From assembly GCA_937995785.1 (NCBI GenBank), contig CALKJQ010000030.1, forward strand, positions 353 to 64,352: a DNA stretch of 64,000 nt. Reading direction: 5' to 3'. Position numbers and translations under genes: made by a program. Shown here in pieces: positions 9,797 to 21,100 of the stretch; position 1 is the first letter of the stretch, and each line of letters starts with the position of its first letter. The stretch comes from Candidatus Kapaibacterium sp. Its GTDB lineage: Bacteria; Bacteroidota; Ignavibacteria; Kapaibacteriales; UBA2268. The notes under the pieces are model-generated. The model saw only the letters and a list, made by a program, of their open reading frames with translations. It was not told where the DNA came from and searched no databases.

Positions 9797-10960
9797 ATGA
9801 GTTTCCAATTCCCTGATTACTATAATGTTTTTGATTTGTTCGATGAAGAAGAAAAATTAATACAAAAAACTGTTCGTGAATTCGTTAGTAATGAAGTATT
9901 ACCAATAATAGAGGAACATTATGCCAAAGGGACTTTTCCAATGGATTTAATTCCAAAAATGGCACAAATTGGTTTGTTCGGGATTACCACGCCCCAAGAG
10001 TATGGTGGAGTTGGTGCATCCTACACTATATATGGAATTGCTATGCAAGAACTCGAGCGTGGCGATTCGGGCGTGCGTTCGTTTGCTTCAGTGCAGAATT
10101 CACTTGTAATGTTTCCCATTAATGAATATGGTTCGATAGAACAAAAGAAAAAATGGCTGCCCAAGTTGGCAGATGGCACTGCAATAGGTTGCTTTGGATT
10201 AACAGAACCCGATTTCGGCTCTAATCCCGGAGGCATGGTTACCAATGCTCGCATAATCGATGGTGGTTACTTGTTGAATGGTGCAAAAATGTGGATTACA
10301 AATGGCTCGCTTGCCGACATAGCCGTAGTTTGGGCTAAACTCGACGGAGTAATTACTGGTTTTATCGTCGAAAAAGGTATGAAAGGATTCACGGCACCCG
10401 AAATGAAGGGAAAGCACTCGCTTAGAGCATCAGTTACATCAGAATTGATATTTCAGGATGTTGAGGTTCCCGAAGATAATAGATTGAACGTAAATGGACT
10501 TAAGGGACCCTTGTCTTGTTTAACTCGCGCAAGATATGGTATTGCTTGGGGAGCTTTGGGAGCGGCTGCTGCAGTTTACGATTCGGCTTTGAATTATGCC
10601 AAAAGCAGAATTCAATTCGATAAACCAATAGCACAGTTTCAATTAATTCAGGATAAATTAGTTTGGATTTTGAATGAAATTACCAAAGGTCAATTGATTG
10701 CTTATAGATTAGGTCAGCTTATGGACCAGCACGTCGCTTCTCCACAACAAGTTTCGTTAGCTAAAAGGAATAACGTAGATATTGCTTTGCAATCGGCAAG
10801 AATGGCACGCGAAATCCACGGAGCTAATGGAATACTAAATGAATATTGCGTTATGAGGCATTCCGCAAATTTAGAATCCGTTAAAACTTACGAAGGAACT
10901 CACGATATCCATACACTCATCTTAGGAGAAGATATCACCGGATATCCGGCTTATAAATAA
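9797..10960 (+). CDS. Acyl-CoA dehydrogenase, glutaryl-CoA dehydrogenase-like
   Basis: The C-terminal YEGTHDIHTLILGEDITG and WITNG motifs are characteristic of the GCDH subgroup of acyl-CoA dehydrogenases. Confidence 0.75.
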   Translation: MSFQFPDYYNVFDLFDEEEKLIQKTVREFVSNEVLPIIEEHYAKGTFPMDLIPKMAQIGLFGITTPQEYGGVGASYTIYGIAMQELERGDSGVRSFASVQNSLVMFPINEYGSIEQKKKWLPKLADGTAIGCFGLTEPDFGSNPGGMVTNARIIDGGYLLNGAKMWITNGSLADIAVVWAKLDGVITGFIVEKGMKGFTAPEMKGKHSLRASVTSELIFQDVEVPEDNRLNVNGLKGPLSCLTRARYGIAWGALGAAAAVYDSALNYAKSRIQFDKPIAQFQLIQDKLVWILNEITKGQLIAYRLGQLMDQHVASPQQVSLAKRNNVDIALQSARMAREIHGANGILNEYCVMRHSANLESVKTYEGTHDIHTLILGEDITGYPAYK

Positions 10961-10971
10961 AATTGTTTTTT

Positions 10972-11985
10972 TTATAATTCCTTGGCTTCCTCAACCATTT
11001 TTAAACCAAGGGAGATTGCACCCCATGTAGCAACATCGTCTTCCGAGATGGTGATTTCGAATCGTTTGTCTTTGTTCAATATGTTGAATATTTTTTGGGA
11101 TAACAGCGTGTTATTATGAATAATACCGCCCATTAAGGCAACTTTAATTTTCTTTGTTTTAAAATTCTTGGCTAAAGTGAGAGGTAATTCTGTTAGGTGA
11201 GTTGCCGCACGATCGATAATATCCAATGCTATTTCATCCTTGTTCTCGGCTAATTCCATAACTATTGGAGAGAGCTCTGAATAGACGAATGAACCATCTG
11301 CATAGGCTTTGACTATTGTCCTCGGATTTTTTAAATCAATAGATTTTACTTTTTGAGCGAATTTTTCTGTCATTTTTGTGTTTGGTCCTCTGCCGTCTAA
11401 CTGCCTTACAATTGCAGTTAAGGCTTCTTTACCAATCCATGCACCACTTCCTTCGTCGTCCAATTCAATACCCCAACCCCCACATCTGAAAAAGTGGTTT
11501 TTACCAATTCTACCTAAACCAATTGAACCAGTCCCAACTATGACTATTATTCCATCATCATCGCCTAATGCTCCTTCGAAAGCTATTTCGGCATCACTCA
11601 AAACAGCCAAATCGTTAATTACAATTCTATTCGATCTTGCTAATGTGCGGAGAAGATTGGCTGCTCGGAGTTTTTCTTCTTCCAACCAAACCCCTGCTAA
11701 CCCGACAACAATTGCATCTACTTCGGAGGTTTCAATTTCGGCTTGTTTGCACAAATCTATAATAATATTTAATGTCCTATCGCAACTTTCGCCAACACCC
11801 ACGGTATGAATTCGGGAAGTGCCAGCTTCGGATTGAGCTACTATCTTACCTTTTTGGAAAAGAACGCCACGCGTATGAGTGCCACCACCATCTATGCCGA
11901 TGATAGTGTAGTCGCTATTATTTATCATCAATTCCTCGTTAATGATTGTTTTATTGTTTGCTTTTTTTCCCAAAATTTGTGCCAT
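10972..11985 (-). CDS. BadF/BadG/BcrA/BcrD-type ATPase, N-acetylglucosamine kinase-like
   Basis: IGIDGGGTHTRG, VGTGSIG and GGWGIELDDEGSGAWIG are ASKHA sugar-kinase motifs. Confidence 0.7.
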   Translation of the reverse strand: MAQILGKKANNKTIINEELMINNSDYTIIGIDGGGTHTRGVLFQKGKIVAQSEAGTSRIHTVGVGESCDRTLNIIIDLCKQAEIETSEVDAIVVGLAGVWLEEEKLRAANLLRTLARSNRIVINDLAVLSDAEIAFEGALGDDDGIIVIVGTGSIGLGRIGKNHFFRCGGWGIELDDEGSGAWIGKEALTAIVRQLDGRGPNTKMTEKFAQKVKSIDLKNPRTIVKAYADGSFVYSELSPIVMELAENKDEIALDIIDRAATHLTELPLTLAKNFKTKKIKVALMGGIIHNNTLLSQKIFNILNKDKRFEITISEDDVATWGAISLGLKMVEEAKEL

Positions 11986-12067
11986 TATTTTTATTAAAAC
12001 AAAAATACGATATTTTTTGCAATATTTTTTTAAGTTCTTTGTTTTTATATTTTATTTATTGAAATCA

Positions 12068-15000
12068 ATGCAAAAACACATATTATCAATTATAATCACC
12101 ATTACTATTCTTGCTTACAATGTTTGGTCTGAATCGTATATTATCAAATTTAAGAACGAGAAAGCCGCAAAAAACTACCTTCAATCCAATAATTTGGCAC
12201 CAACTCCTGTTTTTTATATTGATAAAAAAAAACTAAATAACCACATTCAAAATAAGATAGACTTTAATCCCGATTTATACTATAAATTGGTAACAAATAA
12301 TGCCGACTTAAAGCGAGATTTATCACAAAACCAAGACATAGACTACATCGAACCAAATCACACATACAAGCTGAACCAATTAAAATACAACGACAGCTTG
12401 TTTGAATATCAATGGCAATTAGACCTTATAAATGCCCGCAAAACAATGCAAACCCAAACAGGAAAAGGAATAAAAATTGGAATTGTGGATAGCGGAATTG
12501 ATTATAATCACCCCGATTTGCAAAATCAATTTATAATCAATCCCAAAGAGGATTTGAACGGAAATGGCAAATTTGAGCCCTGGGATTATCGCGAAATTAG
12601 GAATGGAATTAGCGGCGACCTTAACGGATTGGACGACGACGGCAACGGATACCCCGACGATGTTATTGGCTATGATTTTGTGGATTTGGATTTCGTTCAA
12701 TTTGGGGATTGGCGAACACCTGACCCCATTCCCGACGACGAAGCTGGGCACGGCACCAATGTGGCTTCGATAATTGCTGCCGAAGGAAACAATAAAATTG
12801 GAATGGTGGGATTGGCAAATCGTTCGAAAATATTGAATGTCCGAGCATTCGATATCACTGGCAATGGCGAAACCGATGATATTGCCAATGCAATTATTTA
12901 TGCAGCTATTCGAGGAGTGCATATTATTAATATGAGTTTTGGCGATTATTTTAACTCCAGATTAATGGAAGATGCTGTTAATTTTGCAATCTCTATGGGA
13001 TGCATATTGGTAGCTTCCTCGGGCAACGACGACAAAGCAATACCGCATTACCCCTCGGATTTTAAGGAAGTTATCTCCGTAGGCTCTGTTAACAAAAATG
13101 GGAAAAGGTCGAGTTTTAGTAATTGGAGTTCTAATTTATCGATTTTGGCTCCAGGGGAAGAGGTGGTTACTTGCGAAAGTGGCGGTGGTTATGGTTTGTC
13201 TTTTGGAACATCATTTTCGGCACCTTACGTTTCGGCGGCAATTGCAATATATTTAGAAAACAATTCCAAACCAACAAATACCGAAGTTCGCTCTCATCTC
13301 GAAGCAACTTCAAATAAATTATCTGCCAACGGATGGTTGTTCAAATCGGGTTCGGGTATTTTAGATGTTGCTAATTTGCTGAATTACAAAGGATTGAGTA
13401 ATATTGAAATCAACAATATCCCTAATCATTATGTTTTTATAAATAACGATAGTTTAGAACTAAACATAAACGCAGTTACTCCTTTATTCAAAAGTGTTCA
13501 ATTACAAGTTGCCGAGTTGAATACTCAAAATTTTATACCTATAACCAACACAATCTATAAACAATTGAAAAACGAAAAGATAAAAGTTGATTTAACTAAG
13601 TTCAAAAATGATATAGATATATCGATTAAGTTAGAATTGAACAATGGGCAAATACTAAGGCGACAGAGGTCTGTTAGGTTGATAGACGGGATGGATTCTA
13701 TAAAACTGCTTTACAAATCTGCTACAACTGCAATTAAAAATGGAAAAAGAGTAGTATTGATTTCGGCTCGAACCAATATCGAAACGAGTTTTGCTATTGA
13801 ATACTATCACCAAGATTATCCGAACAAAGTTTTTAAAAAAGTTGATTTGGAAAATAAAGATAAAAACCATTTAATAGTAATCGACGATTTGATTATACCT
13901 GGAAAATATTTATTAAAGGGCATATTAAAACCACTGGCAATTAATCCGAATAACGAGAGCGAAGTTTCTTTCCCACTTGAATTCAATTTTGATTACCAAA
14001 TATTCCCAACTCAAAACGTGGTTCAAAAAGAATACAAATTACCACGAAGCTATCTGAACAACAATGTTGTGGATTTTTACCAAAAAGGTACTGAGCAGGT
14101 TGTGTTGAACGACTTATCCAACTTTGTAATAGAAAATGCAAAAATTTATGAATACAAAAATAATCGATTCTATTTATTGGATACTTTGAAAGATTGGATA
14201 CCGGTAGCTTTCGGAAATACTAACGGCAACGTTTTAAAAGATGTTCTAATGACCTACAATGGAAAAACACAAATAACCGAGGCGGTTTCGATAGGTCTAT
14301 CCCCATTTGGCAAAGAGATTTACAAAAGTAATTTTTCTTTGGTTGAATGGGGCGAGTCTTTGTTCGATTTAGACGGAGATGGATTGGACGAGGTGATAGC
14401 CTATAATGATAGTTCTTACTTTGCCTTAAAATTCGATAAAATACAGAACCGGTTTAATGTTCTTTCAATTACTAAATTGCCACAGAATCTCAAAAACAAA
14501 GGATTAACTAAGAGTTCGGTTGTTGCTGATGTCGATGGCGACGGCAAACCCGAATTAATTCATTCGAACTATTATGGTAATATTTTTATCTACGAATACG
14601 ACAAATCTACAAAACAATTCTACTTGGAATTTATCGATTCCACCAACTATGGTTATTCAAACCCGATTGTAACATTATTAAAAAATGCGGACAATACAAA
14701 CGAAATAATAATTGCTACTTATGGTACTCAAAATTTATTTGGCGAAACCAGTAGCATCAATCCAATTTGGAATATACGATCAATCAAAACTCGCGGGGAT
14801 AATAAATACACAATCGAGAATATCGAAAATATAATGGGGGTTCGCGCCGGTATCGACCCTCGAATCAGGGTTGGTTTCAGAAATGGAATTTTGGGAGCAG
14901 ATATCGACAAAGATGGACAAGATGAATTAATAGTCTCCACATTACCGAATACATACATTATGAAGAAAAATAAAGAAAAATGGCAAGCATATTGGCATTA

Positions 15001-16306
15001 CCCTTATTCATTCACAAACTCAGCCATTGTGTGGGACTTTGATAAAAATGGGGTGAACGAAGTTGGGATAGCAACTTTCGATTCCACTAAATTTTTTGAA
15101 ATTGCACCCTTTTCCAAAGTTGTTTCGGCTCCGCAATTCACCGACTCCTACACTCTTACCAATCAAATCGCAGTAATGAAATGGACAAAAATGCCAAATG
15201 TCCACTATTATCGTGTGTATAAAGTAGTTGAAAACGACAAAGGAGAAATAGTTTTAAAGCAAATATCAAAAACAGAAGTGGATTCTTTAGTTATTATCGA
15301 TTTGGAACCACAAAAATATCACTATTTTATCGTTACAGCAGTGGATACTACTAACGGTATTGACGAAAGCAATTATTCCGAGTTACTTGCTATCTATGCC
15401 AATGCACCAATTTTCCCAATAAAAGTATCGCCAATAGATAATAAAACGCTAATTGTTAGTTTCAATGGTAAAGTTAAACCTTCTTTAAATAATATCGAAA
15501 TATTTACCATAAAGCATTTATCGGGGAACTCTTCAACAAATCCGTTGTCGATAATTGCTAATTCCGATACTTCATACATACTTACACTACCGAAGGATTT
15601 AAGTCTTGGAGAGCACGAAATATTAAGCAAATCTTTTCGGGATTATTGGAATAATCCTTCTGAACCCTCTTCTATTTATTTCGAAATTGGAACACCCGAA
15701 ATAAAAGAAGAAATTTATTTAAAGTCGCTTGAAGTTAGAGATTTAAATAATTTGATAATTGAGTTTTCCGAAGCTCTGGACGAGGAAAGCAGCACCCAAA
15801 TTGGCAACTACGAACTTAAGCCAAAAGGAAAGGTGGTAAGTTCAATGCTCGACAAGGAAAATCCAACCAAAGTGCTTCTTCTGTTGGATGACGAAATAAA
15901 AAATAGTAACTCGACGGGCGAAATCTATTCAATAACCTGCAAAAATATAAAATCAAGAAATAAAAAGCAATTAACTAATGGTGCGGGCAACACTCTTTCG
16001 TTCACATTAGTTATGGACGATATTAATAATGTGTTTGCTTTTCCAAATCCGGTAAGTTTAAGCAATGATGAATTTGTTGGTTTTGGCAATTTGCCCAAGT
16101 TATTCGAGATAACTGTAATGAATTTAGAAGGGAAAATCCTCAAAAAATTAAGCGACAACAATGTAACTGGGGCTATTAAATGGGATTTGAAAGATGAAAA
16201 TGGCAATAAATTACCAATTGGAAAGTATTTATATAAAATTGAAGGAAAGAGTGGACAGGATGAAGAATTTAAATACAAAATAAATAAATTTGCGATTGTT
16301 CCGTAA
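12068..16306 (+). CDS. Secreted S8 (subtilisin-family) serine peptidase with FG-GAP/VCBS repeats, Ig/FN3-like modules and a FlgD-Ig/T9SS-type C-terminal domain
   Basis: The catalytic motifs are VDSGID (Asp), GHGTNVAS (His) and GTSFSAPYVS (Ser). FG-GAP-like repeats include DLDGDGLDEV, DVDGDGKPEL, DIDKDGQDEL and DFDKNGVNEV. The C-terminus FPNPVSL...IKWDLKDENGNKLPIGKYLYKI is a sorting-type domain. The start is placed at M43 of the track ORF (MQKHILSIIITITILAYNVWS signal peptide). Confidence 0.85.
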   Translation: MQKHILSIIITITILAYNVWSESYIIKFKNEKAAKNYLQSNNLAPTPVFYIDKKKLNNHIQNKIDFNPDLYYKLVTNNADLKRDLSQNQDIDYIEPNHTYKLNQLKYNDSLFEYQWQLDLINARKTMQTQTGKGIKIGIVDSGIDYNHPDLQNQFIINPKEDLNGNGKFEPWDYREIRNGISGDLNGLDDDGNGYPDDVIGYDFVDLDFVQFGDWRTPDPIPDDEAGHGTNVASIIAAEGNNKIGMVGLANRSKILNVRAFDITGNGETDDIANAIIYAAIRGVHIINMSFGDYFNSRLMEDAVNFAISMGCILVASSGNDDKAIPHYPSDFKEVISVGSVNKNGKRSSFSNWSSNLSILAPGEEVVTCESGGGYGLSFGTSFSAPYVSAAIAIYLENNSKPTNTEVRSHLEATSNKLSANGWLFKSGSGILDVANLLNYKGLSNIEINNIPNHYVFINNDSLELNINAVTPLFKSVQLQVAELNTQNFIPITNTIYKQLKNEKIKVDLTKFKNDIDISIKLELNNGQILRRQRSVRLIDGMDSIKLLYKSATTAIKNGKRVVLISARTNIETSFAIEYYHQDYPNKVFKKVDLENKDKNHLIVIDDLIIPGKYLLKGILKPLAINPNNESEVSFPLEFNFDYQIFPTQNVVQKEYKLPRSYLNNNVVDFYQKGTEQVVLNDLSNFVIENAKIYEYKNNRFYLLDTLKDWIPVAFGNTNGNVLKDVLMTYNGKTQITEAVSIGLSPFGKEIYKSNFSLVEWGESLFDLDGDGLDEVIAYNDSSYFALKFDKIQNRFNVLSITKLPQNLKNKGLTKSSVVADVDGDGKPELIHSNYYGNIFIYEYDKSTKQFYLEFIDSTNYGYSNPIVTLLKNADNTNEIIIATYGTQNLFGETSSINPIWNIRSIKTRGDNKYTIENIENIMGVRAGIDPRIRVGFRNGILGADIDKDGQDELIVSTLPNTYIMKKNKEKWQAYWHYPYSFTNSAIVWDFDKNGVNEVGIATFDSTKFFEIAPFSKVVSAPQFTDSYTLTNQIAVMKWTKMPNVHYYRVYKVVENDKGEIVLKQISKTEVDSLVIIDLEPQKYHYFIVTAVDTTNGIDESNYSELLAIYANAPIFPIKVSPIDNKTLIVSFNGKVKPSLNNIEIFTIKHLSGNSSTNPLSIIANSDTSYILTLPKDLSLGEHEILSKSFRDYWNNPSEPSSIYFEIGTPEIKEEIYLKSLEVRDLNNLIIEFSEALDEESSTQIGNYELKPKGKVVSSMLDKENPTKVLLLLDDEIKNSNSTGEIYSITCKNIKSRNKKQLTNGAGNTLSFTLVMDDINNVFAFPNPVSLSNDEFVGFGNLPKLFEITVMNLEGKILKKLSDNNVTGAIKWDLKDENGNKLPIGKYLYKIEGKSGQDEEFKYKINKFAIVP

Positions 16307-16389
16307 ATATCAAAAAAATGTAGAATACTAACAAAAATCAAATAATAAATATCTAATTTTGCAAATTAAAAAAGTAATTGGAGGAAATT

Positions 16390-16629
16390 ATGTTTTGGAC
16401 ACCAGAATTAGCTTCATTCTTAGAAGATGCACCTTTTCCGGCAACAAAGGAAGAACTTTTTGATTACGCAATGCGCGCCGGTTGCCCTCAACAAGTTTTA
16501 GATAATATACTCGAAATAGAAGATGACGAAGTTCTCATCGAAAGTATCGAAGATTTGTGGCCCGAATACGAAGATGTTATCAACGATGAATACCTATATA
16601 ATGACGATCAGGAAGATCAATTTTATTGA
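16390..16629 (+). CDS. DUF2795-like small acidic protein
   Basis: FPATKEELFDYAMRAGCPQQVLDNI matches the DUF2795 pattern. A GGAGGA Shine-Dalgarno sequence lies 4 nt before the ATG at 16390, so the upstream TTG start in the track is unlikely. Confidence 0.6.
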   Translation: MFWTPELASFLEDAPFPATKEELFDYAMRAGCPQQVLDNILEIEDDEVLIESIEDLWPEYEDVINDEYLYNDDQEDQFY

Positions 16630-16684
16630 GATCGAACTGGTTTCTTCTTTTTTTCTTTTTATCATAATTGCGCAAGGCGATAAA

Positions 16685-16720
16685 AAAAACCTGCCTTTCT
16701 ATCCGAAAAGCAGGTTTTTG
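16685..16720. terminator. Bidirectional intrinsic terminator between convergent genes
   Basis: AAAAACCTGC...GCAGGTTTTT is a 7-bp GC-containing stem flanked by an A-tract and a T-tract. It lies between the DUF2795 stop (16629) and the SusD stop (16739). Confidence 0.6.
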
Positions 16721-16738
16721 TTTAAGTTAGGCAGCAGT

Positions 16739-18139
16739 TTAATCTACTAATCCGCCATATTTTTTATTCAACAAATATTTGCATAAATCATCTTTGTCCA
16801 AAGGAACTTTGGTGCTTGCAACTTTTTCGCTTTGACCATAGAGGAAACGAGCATTAGCGCCGGCTTTGTATTCGGGCAATGTCCCCGTCCTTCTTTGGTC
16901 GTGCCAAGATTGACCTTCCAGATATAATTCTAAGAATTTTTGGGTTAAGGCTTCTTTAATTGCTTCGTCTTTGTTTGCGGGCGTAAAATCAGCTAATCCT
17001 GCTTTAGCACGAATAATATTTATCTGAGTGGCAGCATCGTTCAAAGTACCAGTGCGAGCCAAACATTCTGCTTTGATTAGTACGTTTTCTTCGTAGCGGA
17101 TAATTGGGAATTTTTCGGCATAAGTCGAGTATTTTTTCATTCTAACCGTGGTTTGGAAGTTCTTTTCTTTATCCAAAATTGGTTTGGTGTATGCATTAGC
17201 CAATGGACGAGAAGCAAAGCCAATAAATTCGCCATCAGCATTTGGATTGAAGTATTCTGCTAATCGTTTATCTTTTGCATCGAACATATCCAAGAAGTAT
17301 TTGTCGGGACGAATTGGTTCTTGTTCGTTCAATACCCACATACCCCAATTAGCTTTTTCTCCCGCATTAGCCGAGAAAATGCCATAAATTGAACCAGCAG
17401 CATCTGCTATGCCTTTATTAGCGGAGGCGAGAGCATTATTATAATCACCAATATGCAAATAGTAGCGAGCTTTTACTGAATTAGCAACGGCTATCCATTT
17501 AGCAGCATCGCCCTTGTGGTTCAAATCGCGTGTTAACGCAGCAGTTCCTTTATTTAAATCGGCAATGGCTTCGTCCAATAATTTTTGGACATAAGCATAA
17601 GCAGCATTTTGGTCGACAAAATCGGGGGCTTCTGCACCCTTGATTTCAACTGGAATGCTACCGAACGAAGCAGCTGCCTCGCCCAAAAGTATTGCTTTGT
17701 AAACTTTTGTGATACCAAGGATAGTGTTCCCTAACTTTTCGTTAACACCGGTGAAAACTTCGGGCGTAAAGGTTATTATATCGTTTGCAATTTTAACACC
17801 ACGATAAGTTATAATCCAATAATCGTCGGTAGGTCCGTCGGTTGTGATGTTGTAGGAGTTCCAAGCAACAGGTTGAGGACGTGCAATACCGGGAGGTGCG
17901 CACATTTGCCACGACCAAATTGAAGCCAACCTTGAACGATCCCTTGTGTAGGTGTCTGCAACATTAACTTGCAATGCAACAAATAAGGAGTAAACTCCGT
18001 CCAAAGATTTTACTTTTGTTTCGGCAATTGCGTTTGGATCGACATTAACGCTATCATCTATTGAGCAACTTGAAAGCAATAATGCTAACACAGCAAACGC
18101 AGCAAATATTTTCGAAATTTTATTGATATATTTTTCCAT
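16739..18139 (-). CDS. SusD/RagB-family nutrient-binding outer-membrane lipoprotein
   Basis: A lipoprotein signal LALLLSSCSID is present. The TPR-like helical content and WHDQRR-type C-terminal region fit the family. The gene lies directly downstream of a SusC-type gene. Confidence 0.8.
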   Translation of the reverse strand: MEKYINKISKIFAAFAVLALLLSSCSIDDSVNVDPNAIAETKVKSLDGVYSLFVALQVNVADTYTRDRSRLASIWSWQMCAPPGIARPQPVAWNSYNITTDGPTDDYWIITYRGVKIANDIITFTPEVFTGVNEKLGNTILGITKVYKAILLGEAAASFGSIPVEIKGAEAPDFVDQNAAYAYVQKLLDEAIADLNKGTAALTRDLNHKGDAAKWIAVANSVKARYYLHIGDYNNALASANKGIADAAGSIYGIFSANAGEKANWGMWVLNEQEPIRPDKYFLDMFDAKDKRLAEYFNPNADGEFIGFASRPLANAYTKPILDKEKNFQTTVRMKKYSTYAEKFPIIRYEENVLIKAECLARTGTLNDAATQINIIRAKAGLADFTPANKDEAIKEALTQKFLELYLEGQSWHDQRRTGTLPEYKAGANARFLYGQSEKVASTKVPLDKDDLCKYLLNKKYGGLVD

Positions 18140-18154
18140 CTTTAATCCTCCTTA

Positions 18155-21100
18155 TTAATAGTTAATTGAAATACCAAAACGCAACGAAGTTACTTGTGGT
18201 AAAGTAAAGTAATCCACTCCACGACCTTCGGCTAACGAGAAGGTGTTCACTTCGGGGTCGTAGCCTTTGTAATTAGTAATTGTTAGTAAGTTGCGTGCTG
18301 CAAACGAGAAAGTAATTTGGCTGATATTCCAATCCTCCAAACCTCGCCATCGATAATCCAAACGAATTTCGCGTAATTTAATGAATGAACCATCTTCGAT
18401 ATGAGGTTCGTTAATATTAAATCCATTGTAATATAAACGGTATTTCATAACCTTGTTTGGTATTGTGGGAGTTTCTGCCTCACCATCAATCACTGGGTTG
18501 AAATCGTAAACAGGATGACCATTTTCGTCGTTCCATGGATCTAATCGGTCGCGAGTATCGCCGTGTGTTCCGAAATTATACAATGCTCCTTTGGTTCCGT
18601 TCCACACATCAAATCCCCACACCATATCCCATAGGAAGGATACAGTAAAGTCTTTGAATATAGTGAAATCATTGCTCCAAGAGATCATAAAATCAGGATT
18701 TGGGTCGTACTTGAAAATCAAATCTGGATCTTGGACGGGTGCGCCAGCATAGTTCATACCATAATCATCGTTAACAACTTCTTTTGCATCGGGATCCCAG
18801 TAGGAAACACGTACATCTCCATTTTGGTAATCTCGGCCTGTTAATTGTTTGTAGTATGCTCTTTCTGCATCCGACACAGCCCATTTGGAGCCAGCATTTG
18901 CGGGATCTTTTGCTTTGGCGTCATCATATCGCAACCATCCTGCGGTTTGGAATGTACCCAAAGGCATTCCTTTTACAGCAGAATTCAATATACCAACAAA
19001 ACCGCCGGTAAGAGTGTAGAAATCTGCATCTAAACGAGTTACTTCGTTGGTTGTAGCTGTGTAATTTAATCTTGTTACCCAACTAAAGTCGGAAGTACTG
19101 AATGGACGGGCAGTTAAACCAATTTCGAAACCTTTGTTCCACATTGCACCACCATTTTTGAGCATATTTGTAAAACCAGTTGAAGCAGGAGCGGGCAAGG
19201 ACATTATTAGGTCTTCAACATCTGAGCGGAAATACGAAAATTCTAATGATACAGCATCTTCGAGTAAACCTATATCGAAGCCGAATTCTGTTTCAGTAGA
19301 TGTTTCGGGATTAATGTCTTTTGCACCCGCAACAGCGCTCGAGCGAATACCATTGAAGCCGCCACGTTTCGAATCCGATGATTCGACCCAAGGATCGAAG
19401 TTACCATTGGTAATGTAAACATTGTTTGTTGCGTAAGCATAAGGTAAGTCGGGCGAGCCTGCTTGTCCCCATGCGGCACGAATACGGAAATTGCTAAATA
19501 TGCCTTTCAAGCCTTCGAAGAAAGGTTCTTTACTGAGAACATAAGATAAACTTGCCTTTGGATAGGTGTGGAACTTTTGGGATTCGCCAAATGTGGAACT
19601 TCCATCTCGACGAATACCAAATGTAATGGTATATTTATCTAAATATGATGTTGTAAGTTGTCCAAATAGACCTTGGATTTCTGTTTGAGTCATCGAACTC
19701 GTTGCATCTTTGGTCGAGCCAGCTGCAATTTCGTCGAAAAATGCTAATGTTTGGGTTGCACTTGCTCCAACTGATGAACGGTCGTACCAAATTGATTGCG
19801 AACCACCAACCAAATTGAACTCTAAATCACCATCAAGTATTGATTGATTTAAGTTGAAAGTAAAGTCTAAATTTTGTTGTCGGTTCTCGATACGAGTTTT
19901 ATAAATTCCTCCCATACGGCTTGGCGAGGTTGCCGAACCAACTGCATGGCGTTCTATGTAGTTGTAGGAATACCAGTCCAAACCATATCGCAAATTAAAT
20001 GTTAACCAATCCAATGGCATATATTTGAACTCAGTGCTATGCAAGAAACGATTAATTTTTTGATTGAATTTATTAAATTTTTGTGTCCAAATAGGGTTGT
20101 CGTATGAAGCAAATCTTCTTTGAGTTACTCCATCTGCCTCCAAATATATCGTATTATCAAATTCGGGTGGGGTTCTTAATGCACCAAGCAGAATACCAGA
20201 TGTGTTAGAACCATCTTGAGGTAAATCATTATTTGTGTAGATATAGTTATTGTTAGTTTGGACGGTTACGCCAGGCAATAAAGAAATACCAACATTGGCA
20301 CGGACGCTTGTTCTTTCGAGTTTTGAACCTTCCACATAACCTTGGTTATTTGCATAGGTACCATTAATTAGATAGTCGAACTGAGGCACACCGCCACTAA
20401 TGGACAATGAGTTTTCTGTGGACATAGCAGTTCTAAAAGGTTCTTCTTGGTGGTCGAACACTGGAGTGCCGTCAGGTAATTTCTTGGTTGACCAAGAATT
20501 AGTTGAACCAGGTTTGTAGGGTTGGTAAGGAGTTGCTTGACCAAATTCTTTCTGCAAATCAATTTTGCCTGATTTGTTGTCGATTTGCAAAGAAGATTTA
20601 AACGAAATTCGAGCTGGCTTATCGCTACTGGTGAATTTACCGCGCTTTGTAGTGATAATAACAACACCGTTACCCGCTTTAGCACCATACAAAGCTGCAG
20701 CAGCTGCACCTTTCAAAATTTGCATATCTTCGATATCTTCGGGGTTAATATCAGTTACGCGGTTCGAAAATTGTTGAGTTCCGCTGGGGTCGTAGATAAA
20801 AGTATTGTCGATAACAACACCATCAACGATATAAAGAGGTTCGGACGAACCTTCCATTGTTTTACGACCACGCAAGGTAACGTAGGTGCCGGCGCCGGGC
20901 TGTCCCGAACTTCTTGTAACGTTTGCACCAAGAACTCGACCGCTTAATGCATCGATAGCCGAAGAAGAAACAACATTATTGATTGCTTCGTTGCCAACAG
21001 ATGCGATTGTGTTGCCAAGTTTGTTTTTGTCCACCTCGCCCGAAAGTCCCACTACAACTATTTCGTTTGTTCTAATAGAACCTTGGGAGAGCTTGATGTT

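Noticed and set aside
11942-12067. A 42-codon N-terminal extension of the S8 peptidase ORF.
   Set aside because: The extension overlaps the start of the divergent kinase-like gene and encodes an F/I/K-rich string. A proper signal peptide begins at the ATG at 12068.
12419-12922. A 167-aa minus-strand ORF, plus 12663-12888 and 15925-16341.
   Set aside because: They are antisense to the S8 peptidase catalytic domain or C-terminus and have no motif support.
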